Positions 1-9,577 of a stretch of DNA of 59,079 nt are shown here, in pieces (positions within the stretch are counted from its first letter, which is position 1; each line of letters begins with the position of its first letter). The notes under the pieces were generated by a model, which worked only from the letters and a program-made list of their open reading frames with translations, ran no database searches and was not told the origin of the DNA. A program made the translations under genes and the position numbers. Source of the DNA: Rhodothermales bacterium (GTDB lineage Bacteria > Bacteroidota > Rhodothermia > Rhodothermales > UBA10348); assembly GCA_030830105.1 (NCBI GenBank), contig JAURNP010000112.1:1-59079 (forward strand), written 5' to 3'.

Positions 1-2073
1 GCCCGGCCCACGGTCCACGCTCGCAATCTCTTCCATACATCCGTGCTCATGTGGGATGCATGGTCGGCCTACGACGATGAGGCGCAGCCCTACATGTTGG
101 GAAATAGGCTGCACGGGTTTACATGCTCGTTCGAAGGCGTACCGGATCCGGGAAACGTTCAGGCAGCGCGGGAAAAAGCGATCAGCTACGCGTCCTACAG
201 GTTGCTGCGCCATCGTTTTGAGCAATCACCGGGTATGCAAGCTGCTTTTGCCCGTTACGATGTTCTGATGAATGAGCTGGGCTTTGATCGCACCTTCGAA
301 GGTGTCGACTACGCAACGGGTGAACCGGCAGCGCTCGGCAATTATCTCGCTCAATGCATGATCGAATACGGTTCAGCAGACGGAGCCAATGAAGCTGAGC
401 TGTACTCGAACCGATTCTATCGTCCGGTCAATCCGCCACTGGTGCCGCCTATTCCTGGCAACCCGCACATCCTGGACATGAATCGCTGGCAGCCATTGTC
501 TTTTGATGTATTCATCGATCAGGCAGGGCAGGAAATTCCATTGGGGACTCCTGAATTCCTGGGCCCGGAGTGGGGTCAGGTCCATCCATTCTCGCTGACC
601 AACGAAGACCTGACCATCTATGAACGAGGCGGATTCGAATACTGGGTATATCACGACCCGGGTCCGCCGCCGACCATCGATGTGCTGAACGGAGGAGGGC
701 TTTCGGATGAGTACAGGTGGTCCCACTCCCTGGTCGCAGTGTGGTCGTCCATGCTCGATCCGACCGACGGAGTACGTTGGGATATTTCGCCGGCTCGTAT
801 TGGCAATATTCCGTTCAGTCAGCTTCCCCGTGACTGGCAAGGACATCGCGATTTCTATAATCTCTTCGAAGGACTGGACGCGAGCCAGGGGCGTAGTATC
901 AACCCACATACGAGCCAGCCCTACGACGCGCAGATCGTGCCGCGTGCCGATTACGCCCGTGTACTCGCTGAATTTTGGGCCGACGGCCCCGATTCCGAGA
1001 CTCCGCCTGGCCATTGGTTCACGATTCTCAATTATGTATCCGATCATCCAGACCTGGTCAAGCAGTTCCGAGGAAGTGGACCGATTCTGGACGACATGGC
1101 CTGGGATGTGACTGCCTATTTCGTGCTGGGCGGTACGATGCACGACGCTGCCGTCGCCGCCTGGGGAGCAAAAGGGTGGTATGATTATATCCGTCCGATT
1201 TCCGCCATTCGAGGGATGGCAGAATTTGGCCAGAGTACAGACCCATCGAAGCCTCGGTATCACCCAGTCGGTATTCCGCTGATTCCCGGGTATATCGAAT
1301 TGGTGGAGGATGGTGATCCGCTGGTGGGTGCCAACCAAGAGAATCTCTACGAGATCAAGATCTATGGCTGGCGTGGTCCCGCGTTTGTCTTCGATCCGGA
1401 AACAGATGTAGGGGGCGTCGGCTGGATTCTGGCCGATGACTGGTGGCCCTATCAGCGTCCGAGCTTTGTGACGCCACCTTTCGCCGGCTATGTTTCGGGT
1501 CACTCGACGTTCTCACGTGCTGCAGCGGAAGCAATGACGCTGCTGACGGGCGATGAGTATTTCCCGGGCGGCATGGGAGAGTTCTTTGCGCCAAAGAATG
1601 AATTCCTGGTATTCGAGGATGGCCCCAGTGAGGATGTGATCCTGCAATGGGCCACTTACCGGGATGCGTCTGACCAGACGAGCCTGTCCCGTATCTGGGG
1701 CGGTATTCACCCCCCAGCGGATGATATTCCCGGTCGTCTCATGGGTCGGGATATCGGCATTGAGGCTTTTCTGTTTGCCGAACGATTCATCAATGGATTA
1801 GCGACGGACATCGAGAAGCAGGTGTTGCCTGGTACGACGGCTGATCTGGCTGCGTATCCGAACCCGGTGCGCAGCGGCAATCATTTCACCCTCGATGCTC
1901 CTTCTTCCGGTACCTATGTACTCGTAGATATCCTGGGCCGGCAGGTACGTTCTCTGGAACTCACGGGTGGACGGAATGTGGTCCACACCGAAGGTCTTGT
2001 TTCCGGCATGTACTTTATCCGCTCAACAGATCGATCCGACAAGCGCGGGGCGAGCGTGCTTGTGACCCGGTAA
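1..2073 (+). CDS. PAP2 / vanadium-haloperoxidase-like superfamily protein with C-terminal T9SS sorting domain (5' end cut by window edge)
   Basis: Frame 1 is open from nt 1 (ARPTVHARNLFHTSVLMWDAW...), so the listed 43..2073 ORF (GTG start) is probably partial. All three PAP2/haloperoxidase motifs are present: KGWYDYIRP (Kx6RP), YVSGHS, SRIWGGIHPPADD (SRx5Hx3D). The last ~75 aa (AAYPNPVRSGNHFTL...GMYFIRS) resemble a Por/T9SS C-terminal domain. Confidence 0.8.
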   Translation, partial: ARPTVHARNLFHTSVLMWDAWSAYDDEAQPYMLGNRLHGFTCSFEGVPDPGNVQAAREKAISYASYRLLRHRFEQSPGMQAAFARYDVLMNELGFDRTFEGVDYATGEPAALGNYLAQCMIEYGSADGANEAELYSNRFYRPVNPPLVPPIPGNPHILDMNRWQPLSFDVFIDQAGQEIPLGTPEFLGPEWGQVHPFSLTNEDLTIYERGGFEYWVYHDPGPPPTIDVLNGGGLSDEYRWSHSLVAVWSSMLDPTDGVRWDISPARIGNIPFSQLPRDWQGHRDFYNLFEGLDASQGRSINPHTSQPYDAQIVPRADYARVLAEFWADGPDSETPPGHWFTILNYVSDHPDLVKQFRGSGPILDDMAWDVTAYFVLGGTMHDAAVAAWGAKGWYDYIRPISAIRGMAEFGQSTDPSKPRYHPVGIPLIPGYIELVEDGDPLVGANQENLYEIKIYGWRGPAFVFDPETDVGGVGWILADDWWPYQRPSFVTPPFAGYVSGHSTFSRAAAEAMTLLTGDEYFPGGMGEFFAPKNEFLVFEDGPSEDVILQWATYRDASDQTSLSRIWGGIHPPADDIPGRLMGRDIGIEAFLFAERFINGLATDIEKQVLPGTTADLAAYPNPVRSGNHFTLDAPSSGTYVLVDILGRQVRSLELTGGRNVVHTEGLVSGMYFIRSTDRSDKRGASVLVTR

Positions 2074-2081
2074 GGCAACAA

Positions 2082-2468
2082 TCAGTCTTTGTACCTGATT
2101 TCGCGGCCCTTCACGATCACGAAGGCGATCAGAGCGAAAACGAAAAACACCAACAGCATCCAGGCAACACTTTGCAGTGTGCCCGCGATGGCTCGGTAGA
2201 TTTCCATCGTCCATGCTTCAGGGGTGAGTGCAGCGACTACACCATCCTTCGGAGCAATCAGATACTTTTCAAAATCCCAGACGCGAACACCGCCTGATAT
2301 TCCGACGACGTAGATCGCGAAAGTCAGGTATCGTGCCCAGGCATTCGAAACCTCTTCTCCGATGATCCGATCGAGGATCTGTTGAATGGGATTCTGGAAG
2401 AGGCGCGTCAGGATCCAGGAAACCGTGATGGCCAGGAAAAACGTGACAGCAAGGAGAAGAATGAACAT
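2082..2468 (-). CDS. small integral membrane protein, function unknown
   Basis: 128-aa ORF with three hydrophobic helices (MFILLLAVTFFLAITVSWIL, YLTFAIYVVGISGG, VAWMLLVFFVFALIAFVIV). No family recognised by eye. Confidence 0.5.
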   Translation of the reverse strand: MFILLLAVTFFLAITVSWILTRLFQNPIQQILDRIIGEEVSNAWARYLTFAIYVVGISGGVRVWDFEKYLIAPKDGVVAALTPEAWTMEIYRAIAGTLQSVAWMLLVFFVFALIAFVIVKGREIRYKD

Positions 2469-2498
2469 GGGTTACCTCCCAGGTTGATCATTCGAAAA

Positions 2499-2918
2499 TT
2501 AAGACTCCGGTTCGGGCTCGAAATACATGGACATCAACCGTTCGGGAATAGCTGAGGGCCTGCCCGATTCTCGATTCAGACAGACCCAGTTGGTCTGACC
2601 AGATGCCATGAGGGCATCATCCTTGGTACGACGAAACTCGTATTCGCGGGTCGATGTTACGCGTTCCACCGACCCGACCCACGTCGTCAACTGGATCTCA
2701 TCGCCTTCAAACGATGGAATCCGGTATTCGATATTGTGTGAGCGCACCACCCAGGTCAGTCCGGCCGCGGCAGCGCGAACGTCTGCCCCGAGTTGCTGAG
2801 TGTGCCGGATGGCGATTTCCTGCATCCACCGGACGTACTCCACATTGTTGACGTGCCCATTTACATCGATGGATTCGCGGCCAACAGTAAATGTCCAGGT
2901 AAATCGGTTGGGAGTCAT
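2499..2918 (-). CDS. acyl-CoA thioesterase, hotdog fold (4HBT/YbgC-like)
   Basis: VNGHVNNVEYVRWMQEIAIRH and the overall ~140-aa layout are typical of 4HBT thioesterases. The listed ORF runs to 2987, but the ATG at 2918 (MTPNRF...) overlaps the upstream TGA by 1 nt (TGATG) and avoids a 70-nt gene overlap. Confidence 0.75.
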   Translation of the reverse strand: MTPNRFTWTFTVGRESIDVNGHVNNVEYVRWMQEIAIRHTQQLGADVRAAAAGLTWVVRSHNIEYRIPSFEGDEIQLTTWVGSVERVTSTREYEFRRTKDDALMASGQTNWVCLNRESGRPSAIPERLMSMYFEPEPES

Positions 2919-3193
2919 CAGTAGGGAGATTCGGAAGAAGGAGCGTTGCTTGTTTTCCGGTGCCGGAACCACAGCACGATACCCCAAAGACTGATGAGGA
3001 TCCAGAATACCTCGATGATGAACGAGGCCAGATTGAAATTGTAGCGCAAAGACACCAGGATCATGGCTGCACCAATCAGATTGATCACCGAGTAGGACAG
3101 TTGTTCGGAGTGCATCTTACGCATCTGAACAGCGGCGTACGCCAGAACGATCAGGACGACACCTATCGATCCCATTATGTCGAACCATGCCAT
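2918..3193 (-). CDS. small 3-TM membrane protein (resembles the CBU_0592-type family)
   Basis: 91 aa with three hydrophobic segments. The pattern YSVINLIGAAMILVSLRYNFNLASFIIEVFWILISLWGI resembles that family from memory. Tightly packed in an operon. Confidence 0.45.
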   Translation of the reverse strand: MAWFDIMGSIGVVLIVLAYAAVQMRKMHSEQLSYSVINLIGAAMILVSLRYNFNLASFIIEVFWILISLWGIVLWFRHRKTSNAPSSESPY

Positions 3194-3195
3194 GG

Positions 3196-4011
3196 TCAGC
3201 TCGCGTTTAAGGTGCTCAGGATGTCCTTGAGCAAATCTGAATTGGCGGCGGTGACCAGGTTCGGTGCATGCACCAGGTTGTCCGTATTACCCGAGATGTC
3301 GCTCAGTACCCCACCTGCTTCAAGAATACAGGGAATGAGAGCGGCATTGTCCCAAGGGTTCATTTTGGGGTCCACGGCACCATCCAGGAGGCCGCGAGCG
3401 ACCCACGCATGCTGTATGCAATCGCCAACGAAGCGGAATTTTCGTGCGTTGCGAATCAGAACAGACATGGACGGTACCGAATCCTTTCCATTCGGATCGA
3501 TGTCGGTATTGTAGAGTCCAGTTGTTGACAGGTATGCGTCTGCAACGCGATCCGCACCTTCGGATACCTTGACCTGCTCCAGATCGCCCATCCGATTCAA
3601 GTACCAGCATCCGCTCCCAAGCTCCGCATACACGGTTTCCTTGAGACCAGGCATGTTGATCACGCCAAGAATTGGATGCCCATTCCGGAGCAGGGCAATG
3701 AGGGTTCCGAATGTTGGAAGGCCGAGGGCGAATGAGGAGGTCCCGTCAATGGGATCCAGGACCCAGCACCATTCGGCATCGGGATTGAGGTCGTCTTGTT
3801 CTTCACCCAGGATTCCGTGGTCCGGGTAGCGGGCCTGAATAAGCTCCCGCATGACCCGCTCGGCCTCTGTGTCGGCTTCGGTCACGGGTGACCCATCGGC
3901 TTTCGAGCGTACATCAGTCCGTTGAAAACGCGGGATGATTTCCTGTGCTGCGGTGCCGGCCAATTCCAGGGCAAACTGCAGAAACGGGCTCAGTGTGGGT
4001 GTATCACTCAT
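3196..4011 (-). CDS. inositol monophosphatase family protein (IMPase / possibly HisN-type histidinol-phosphatase)
   Basis: Family motifs ILGEEQ, WVLDPIDGTSSF and WDNAA are present; 271 aa. Confidence 0.85.
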   Translation of the reverse strand: MSDTPTLSPFLQFALELAGTAAQEIIPRFQRTDVRSKADGSPVTEADTEAERVMRELIQARYPDHGILGEEQDDLNPDAEWCWVLDPIDGTSSFALGLPTFGTLIALLRNGHPILGVINMPGLKETVYAELGSGCWYLNRMGDLEQVKVSEGADRVADAYLSTTGLYNTDIDPNGKDSVPSMSVLIRNARKFRFVGDCIQHAWVARGLLDGAVDPKMNPWDNAALIPCILEAGGVLSDISGNTDNLVHAPNLVTAANSDLLKDILSTLNAS

Positions 4012-4051
4012 GGGTCAGATATCCCGGAAAATGGGACGACGTCAGGTTGAG

Positions 4052-5239
4052 TCAGTTGACTGAAAATGGAACGCTCCAGCGCGTGGTATCCCACGCCAGA
4101 CTGAGGCGTCCTCCTTCCTCGGTGCCCGTCACTTCTATCACAAAACGCTCTTGAACTTCCGACAACGTCTCCGGCGTCATGTTGACGGCGAACAGATCCT
4201 GCTCGGCATCATGGGCCGTTCCCCATTGATTGGTCTGTTCATTCAGAATGAGGGAGAATGAACCATTCTCGTACATGGACCACAAGGTGTAGGTGCCTGC
4301 TGGAAGCTGATATTCGCCGAAGCTCAAATTGCGACTGGTGGTGAAGTGCGTGGCGGCATTGGCACCGGTTCGCCAGATAGATCCGTTTGGTACCAGGTTA
4401 CCCCAGATGTCCCGATCACGCTTGGAGGGTTGTGAGTAGTTCACTTCGATATCCGCTTCCTCAACCGTGGCCTGGGTCGTGGCAGCGGGACTGGGCACTC
4501 CCATGCCTTCACCGGGGGCATCCATGGCCGCCCATCGATCCGCCAACGATCCTACCAGGAAGGCCTTTACTCGGCGGGTTTCGGACGAATTCGTGGTTCC
4601 GGCTCCAGAAATGGCCAGGAGCTGGCCACTTCCATCCGTCCATGCCTTTCGGGCCTGTCCGAAATAATCCATCGAGACCGTATCGCCGGCTACTACGGTC
4701 GCATTGTTCTCTGCTGCTGCACGACCGCTCGGCCCCATGATCATCGTCGATGTGGCACCATCAAGCAGGCGATTGGCCACTTCTTCGAAGGCGAAGGCAG
4801 AGGCCGCCGTGCGACCAAGCGTCAGGATACTTCCAGATGGCAGAGCAACCCTGCTGGAACCCGGATTCTGGCCGCCGTACCGAACGACCAGCGCAGAATC
4901 TCCCTGCACGGTGACACGGCCTCCTTGAATCTCCGGACCGTCGGGATTGGTGGTTGGTACCTGCGTAGACCAGAGCAGGCTGGTGAAGGAGCCATCCTCG
5001 GCGACATCCACCTGATAATCGGTCATGCGGGTAAATGGCGAACGCTCAATCAGCGTACCCTCGATGGATGCATCGGTGCGCAGGTACACCTCGACAGCGA
5101 CCGTATCCGCACCCAGCGTGGTTACAAAAGCCCGAGGCTCATCGGGATTGGGTGCCCAACCCGAGTCGGGAGCACACGCAGAAAATGACAGGGCCACTCC
5201 AAGGAAGAGGGCCAGAGAACGCAGAATTGTCATGTTCAA
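4052..5239 (-). CDS. lipoprotein with C-terminal DUF2911 domain
   Basis: Lipoprotein signal MNMTILRSLALFLGVALSFSAC. The C-terminal IWGNLVPNGSIWRTGANAATHFTTSRNLSFGEYQLPAGTYTLW matches the DUF2911 pattern. A paralog lies at 24082..24999. Confidence 0.65.
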   Translation of the reverse strand: MNMTILRSLALFLGVALSFSACAPDSGWAPNPDEPRAFVTTLGADTVAVEVYLRTDASIEGTLIERSPFTRMTDYQVDVAEDGSFTSLLWSTQVPTTNPDGPEIQGGRVTVQGDSALVVRYGGQNPGSSRVALPSGSILTLGRTAASAFAFEEVANRLLDGATSTMIMGPSGRAAAENNATVVAGDTVSMDYFGQARKAWTDGSGQLLAISGAGTTNSSETRRVKAFLVGSLADRWAAMDAPGEGMGVPSPAATTQATVEEADIEVNYSQPSKRDRDIWGNLVPNGSIWRTGANAATHFTTSRNLSFGEYQLPAGTYTLWSMYENGSFSLILNEQTNQWGTAHDAEQDLFAVNMTPETLSEVQERFVIEVTGTEEGGRLSLAWDTTRWSVPFSVN

Positions 5240-5343
5240 GCCGAGTTTAGGCGGGGAAGAATCCGTACTACGAACCGTTACCCCATCTGTTCGTCAGCAG
5301 CGGGGTCGAAAACCTGGAGACCAGGACACCAGAAAAGCCCATC

Positions 5344-5727
5344 CTACACCGTCTCTTCCATGATGGTGTTGACGGTGGCTTCTACTTCGTCCGCGATCGA
5401 TCCCAGACGCTTGTCATCGGATAGCATCTTCAGTATATCCGAAGGATTGATCATGCCCACCTTCGTCTCGCCCGCCTGGGAATAGATGGAGACCCTACAA
5501 GGCAGTGCCATGTTGATTTCGAGGTCTATGTCCAACACGTTGGTCGCGTGACCTGGATTACAGATCTCGAAGACGCGGATTTCTTCCGCCCTTTCAAAGC
5601 CCTTGTTCTCCAGCGTTTCCTTGAGATTGTACACGTGTAGAACGCCAAAGCCATTTCGGGAGCACGCTTCTTCAAAGTCGGCAGCCGCCTGATCGACAGA
5701 CTTACTGGAGGTGAGGATGGTTTTCAT
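5344..5727 (-). CDS. DUF302 domain-containing protein
   Basis: 127 aa; FGVLHVYNLKETLENKGFE...RVFEICNP is typical of DUF302. Confidence 0.7.
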   Translation of the reverse strand: MKTILTSSKSVDQAAADFEEACSRNGFGVLHVYNLKETLENKGFERAEEIRVFEICNPGHATNVLDIDLEINMALPCRVSIYSQAGETKVGMINPSDILKMLSDDKRLGSIADEVEATVNTIMEETV

Positions 5728-5846
5728 CAGCAGGTGGAATGAGAATCGAGATTGATATGAGTGAGGTCGTGCGGCAACCTATTGTCGGACCAGCCTCCGA
5801 TCCAGAGGGGAATTCCTTACACCGGACGGATCCACGGGATCCGCTC

Positions 5847-6476
5847 TTATTCGTGTATTGTCGCCTCGATGATGTCCAGAATAGTGGCGACTGTTTCGCG
5901 GCCGCCGTCGGCTTGATACCAGGCAAATTTCGCACGTACGAACTCCCGACTCGTAAGGTCGGCACCATCGGTGGACACCCAGGTCTTGAGACTCTGAGGC
6001 CGTTCGATGAACACACCAACTGGCTCGAACCGCTCGTTCAGAACCAATACCGTCGGTGTGGCAGCGCGCTCATCTTGGGTTCGGTGTGCTTCCATGATGG
6101 GGCGCCCTGATTCTGGAAGCACGATCCGCATGTTGACGTGCTCACTGTATGCGGCGAGATGAGCGAGATACGGTATGGTTGAAACCGAATCGCTGCATCC
6201 GTCAATGGCCACGGCCAGCAGGTACCACGTTCCCGACAAGTTGGCAGCGCGATCGGTCCAGGCTTCATCGGGGGATCCGTCCCCATAATTGTTGATCCAT
6301 CGCTCCCGGCGCGAGTCAGCTTCTTCCAGGAATTGGCCGAAAGCTTTCCCGCTGTGATACAAAGAATCGAGCCATACCGGGTCCATTGTGCGATCCAGGG
6401 ACCCTTCTTCTGATTGTCCCCAAGCCAAAGTCGGGATAAATAGAAGGATGAGCAGGAAGGACAGGATACGCGTCAA
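5847..6476 (-). CDS. secreted thioredoxin-fold protein
   Basis: Signal peptide MTRILSFLLILLFIPTLAWGQ. The DGCSDSVSTIPYL segment sits where thioredoxin-family proteins carry WCGDC (single Cys here). The start overlaps the upstream gene stop by 4 nt (ATGA). Confidence 0.55.
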   Translation of the reverse strand: MTRILSFLLILLFIPTLAWGQSEEGSLDRTMDPVWLDSLYHSGKAFGQFLEEADSRRERWINNYGDGSPDEAWTDRAANLSGTWYLLAVAIDGCSDSVSTIPYLAHLAAYSEHVNMRIVLPESGRPIMEAHRTQDERAATPTVLVLNERFEPVGVFIERPQSLKTWVSTDGADLTSREFVRAKFAWYQADGGRETVATILDIIEATIHE

Positions 6477-7213
6477 GACCCCGACCTCCGGCCGAACACT
6501 CGTTGCAGTAGCTGGGTGGTTCGCGCCAGCGGATCTTCCCGGATACGCTGCTCTTCCGATGCTAGCGTGGAGAACATACCGTTCAGGGTTTGCCCCACGA
6601 CATACGTTTCCAGATCAAATTGCACAGGCCGGACCAGCGGAATGGCATTGTAGCGCGTCACGAGGTCCTCATAAACCCTTACGACGCCAAGTTGCTGCAT
6701 GACGTCGTCCACCACGGGTCCGAATCGGGTTGTCAATGCTTCCTCGGTCCGATCCCTGAAGTAGAGGGTCGCCGCATTTTCCGGACCGTTCAAAATGCCG
6801 AAAGCGTCCTGGATGGTCATTTCCCGGATGGCTCCTGCGAAGACGTCGAGCGCGAGGCCTGCAGCTTGCTCGGCGGCCGTGTTCATCTGGTCCTCGAATT
6901 GATCTACCTGGTCGTTCAGTCCCACCGCGCGTAGCCGATTGGTCATCGTCTCCAGGTTTTCGGGGATAGGAATCCGCAGCAGGTCGTTTGCCCCGAACCC
7001 GCCGTCTGAGGAAAGTGTCTCCACCGCGCGTCCAGTCCCCACGCTCAAGGCTTCCTTGAGGCCGGACGCAACCGTCCCTTCGTCCAAGGGAGCTTCGGCC
7101 GAGAGAATAGTATCGATAGCCGCCATGTCAATGGATGCACAGCCGGGAAGGATCAGCAATGGGACCAGCAACGTAGCTGAAAACACAAAGGGTAAAAGCC
7201 GTCTGGAGGTCAT
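6473..7213 (-). CDS. DUF4197 domain-containing lipoprotein
   Basis: GLKEALSVGTGRAVETLSSDGGF...LLRIPIPENL is the DUF4197 signature. Start trimmed to MTSRRLLPFVFSATLLVPLLILPGC (lipoprotein signal); the listed ORF extends to 7276. Confidence 0.65.
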   Translation of the reverse strand: MTSRRLLPFVFSATLLVPLLILPGCASIDMAAIDTILSAEAPLDEGTVASGLKEALSVGTGRAVETLSSDGGFGANDLLRIPIPENLETMTNRLRAVGLNDQVDQFEDQMNTAAEQAAGLALDVFAGAIREMTIQDAFGILNGPENAATLYFRDRTEEALTTRFGPVVDDVMQQLGVVRVYEDLVTRYNAIPLVRPVQFDLETYVVGQTLNGMFSTLASEEQRIREDPLARTTQLLQRVFGRRSGS

Positions 7214-7431
7214 ACGAACGCTTAGCTGAAGGATTGGGATTAATAATGGCGGACCTGTTCCAGTAATTCGATCCACATCTCACGGTTCCTGTGGGGGGAC
7301 TTCAATCCACTCGCGGCCCCGTTTGTCAGCAGAAGCAAATGCCAGTCTGCTTCCATTTCTGACCATCTGTTTCTCTCGGTCGGCAGGCATTTTGGCGATC
7401 ACTCTGGACGCCTTCGACCGAATCCGTTTCC

Positions 7432-7818
7432 TCAGAGCTCATAGCCTTCTGCCTTGAGAACCTTGAGGGCTCGATCCAACTCCGCGTTCTTGACCAGAAT
7501 GTAGTCGGTGTCAAAGGTGGATATCGCAAAAATACTGATGCGTTCGCGCGCGAGCGTGTCCGATATCCGCGCCAGGATTCCAACCAGCGTAAAGTCCAGG
7601 GGGCCTACCACTTTGAAGCACGCCCAATCCGGTTCTGATTTCTCGCTGGCTACAATGACATTGCTGTCGCAGACAATGGATAATTCGACGTCCGTTTGCG
7701 CCATGAACCAGGGCTGGGAATCGAGGACAGCCGGTGGAATAGCCATCTCCGGAGGCAGCTGATGGACGGTGAATGATCCCGGGAGCAGACGGAGTGTAAG
7801 GTTGGGTGCGGACTGCAT
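7432..7818 (-). CDS. ACT domain-containing protein
   Basis: 128 aa; ...CFKVVGPLDFTLVGILARISDTLARERISIFAISTFDTDYILV... is typical of small ACT-domain proteins. Confidence 0.6.
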   Translation of the reverse strand: MQSAPNLTLRLLPGSFTVHQLPPEMAIPPAVLDSQPWFMAQTDVELSIVCDSNVIVASEKSEPDWACFKVVGPLDFTLVGILARISDTLARERISIFAISTFDTDYILVKNAELDRALKVLKAEGYEL

Positions 7819-7840
7819 GCGACGGGGCGGTCAATGAGGG

Positions 7841-8917
7841 TCATCTGATGGGCGCAATGATACGACCTTTCCATTCTATTCGTCCGCGTGAACGATTGAA
7901 CATCGAGTCCAACCCAAGGAAAATGATGAGCAGAAAAGAAACAGGAGCCATCAGGCTGATCGAGAGCGGCTGCCGCGTAATACGATCCGAGAGGATCTTA
8001 AGAATGAAAAGGGATCCGATCAGAACAGGAGCCAGAATGGGCGCCACTATGAAAACCAGGGTGTACCCTGCCAGCGCGAGAGTCGAGGTGAAGACGGTGC
8101 GACCCAGGATATCGGCCGTGTTTTTTCGAAATCCGCGCCACGCCTCGGGGAAGGTGGCGTACATGTGAACGGTCAGATCATCCGTGACATCGTCCAGCAA
8201 GGGGGTGAGTCCCTGTCTGTGCAGATAGCGGCCAATGCGGATGTCTTCCAGGACTTCACCACGCACCTTTTGATGCGGTTCAAGTCTGCGATAGTCATTG
8301 GAGGTAATCATCCAACACTGACCGTTCACGCCAGACATGGCGGCAGCGGGAACGTGTTTGCCCAGCCACCAAGGGATACAGCTCGTGATCAGCGCGCCGA
8401 CCATGGTAACAATGGTTTTGCCACCCCCTTTCAGGAGTGTCATACCAGTCAGCATGGTGCCTTCGGGGCGTGCCGCAAAGCGCTCGCACATATGCCGCAA
8501 GGCGGCGGGATGCTGGAATTCAGTGTCGGCGTCGATGAACAAGAACACCGACCCTTTCGCATGCTTGGATAGCTGGTAGCAGCCGTTTGTCTTACCCACC
8601 CAACCGTCGGGTAGGTCGCCACCGCGAAGGCCGCGAACACGCTCGTCCCCAGCATTTTGGATGATATCCCACGTCGAATCCGTTGACTGGTCATCGTAAA
8701 TGACCATTTCCGCATCCGGGTGGTCCTGTCGGGAAAAAGAGTCTATCAGGCGGGGCAGATTGTGCTCTTCGTCCCGCGCGGGCACGAGGACGGAGACCGA
8801 TGTTAGTTCGTTTGAACTGCGTGCACGCCTCCTCATGATGAAGGCCGCCATATTGAGCAGCAGGTTGACGATCATCACTCCGTGCAGCCCGATCAGTACG
8901 TAGGTTAATTCTGTCAT
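7841..8917 (-). CDS. glycosyltransferase family 2 with membrane-spanning N- and C-terminal regions
   Basis: VSVLVPARDEEHNLPRLIDSF, DDQSTD and FIDADT are GT2 (GT-A) motifs; the C-terminal region is hydrophobic. Start trimmed to the ATG at 8917 (MTELTYVLIGL...), which overlaps the upstream TAA by 1 nt. Confidence 0.8.
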   Translation of the reverse strand: MTELTYVLIGLHGVMIVNLLLNMAAFIMRRRARSSNELTSVSVLVPARDEEHNLPRLIDSFSRQDHPDAEMVIYDDQSTDSTWDIIQNAGDERVRGLRGGDLPDGWVGKTNGCYQLSKHAKGSVFLFIDADTEFQHPAALRHMCERFAARPEGTMLTGMTLLKGGGKTIVTMVGALITSCIPWWLGKHVPAAAMSGVNGQCWMITSNDYRRLEPHQKVRGEVLEDIRIGRYLHRQGLTPLLDDVTDDLTVHMYATFPEAWRGFRKNTADILGRTVFTSTLALAGYTLVFIVAPILAPVLIGSLFILKILSDRITRQPLSISLMAPVSFLLIIFLGLDSMFNRSRGRIEWKGRIIAPIR

Positions 8918-9573
8918 TAGAAGAGCCGGTGACCGCGCCACGAAGCGTCGGCAGATTCTCCGTACTCCCTCATAAAGCGGCGCAAGGAATGGACGGTTTC
9001 GCGGAAGGCACCGGCGGCCTGCTCGCATGCCACACTGGTTCCTACCTGAACAAACAGGCTGGGCTTCGAATGGGTCAGTGCTTCAACAGAAAGCGCCATG
9101 GGCGTGAAATGCGTGGGAATGCTGGGGTGCGCGAATGATCGGTATCCGTGGTACATGTCCGAGAGATCCGCGTCAACAGCTTCGATGCGCCCCTGCGGAA
9201 AAATCATCACGCAATCTCCGGGGGCCAAGTCATTGCGGACCAGCCCCAGGATATCTCTGCCAGATGCGGTCGTACCGGGTGTGATACCAAAGGCACCTGC
9301 CTTCTTGAATACCGGGTAGCGCTTCAGTTGTTGATTCAGCATGATGGTTACCAAACGCGCCTGCGGAGCTGCCTGGCGCTGAATCATGCGCACTACGAAG
9401 CCATCGAGACGGCTCACATGTTGCGGCATCAGGACATTGATAGCGTCTGGGGACCAATTCAGGTTTCCATCAACATACACCCCGTGCGTGCGCCGTCGCA
9501 CATAGTGCCGCATGTACGGATCGAGCCACATCATACGGCGGCGACTGAACGTGAAGGAGGAGGTTGTGGCCAT
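8917..9573 (-). CDS. lysophospholipid (PlsC-like) acyltransferase family protein
   Basis: HVSRLD matches the HX4D acyltransferase motif, and FPQGRIE sits where FPEGTR is found. 218 aa. Confidence 0.6.
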   Translation of the reverse strand: MATTSSFTFSRRRMMWLDPYMRHYVRRRTHGVYVDGNLNWSPDAINVLMPQHVSRLDGFVVRMIQRQAAPQARLVTIMLNQQLKRYPVFKKAGAFGITPGTTASGRDILGLVRNDLAPGDCVMIFPQGRIEAVDADLSDMYHGYRSFAHPSIPTHFTPMALSVEALTHSKPSLFVQVGTSVACEQAAGAFRETVHSLRRFMREYGESADASWRGHRLF

Positions 9574-9577
9574 GTGA

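Noticed and set aside
373-1503. Long antisense or alternative-frame ORFs inside well-supported genes: 373..1503, 13771..14349, 15164..15865, 19322..20098, 31664..32470, 33801..34505, 42858..43445, 43577..44119, 45408..46058, 46451..47089, 51457..52221 and 53919..54581.
   Set aside because: Their products are low-complexity and rich in Arg/Pro/Gly/His, with no family resemblance. They lie entirely within genes that have clear family motifs on the other strand or frame. This is the expected stop-codon-poor artefact of GC-rich DNA.
4052-5239. Two DUF2911 paralogs (4052..5239 and 24082..24999) as parts of one system.
   Set aside because: They are about 19 kb apart on opposite strands with unrelated neighbours. 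Shared domain only; there is no evidence of linkage.
7326-7583. 85-aa ORF spanning the 7214..7431 spacer and the 3' end of the ACT gene; the hairpin GAAGCA-10 nt-TGCTTC at about 7331..7352.
   Set aside because: The ORF overlaps the ACT gene in another frame and has junk-like composition. The hairpin is short (6 bp) and is most simply the 3'-end structure of the ACT-GT2 operon.
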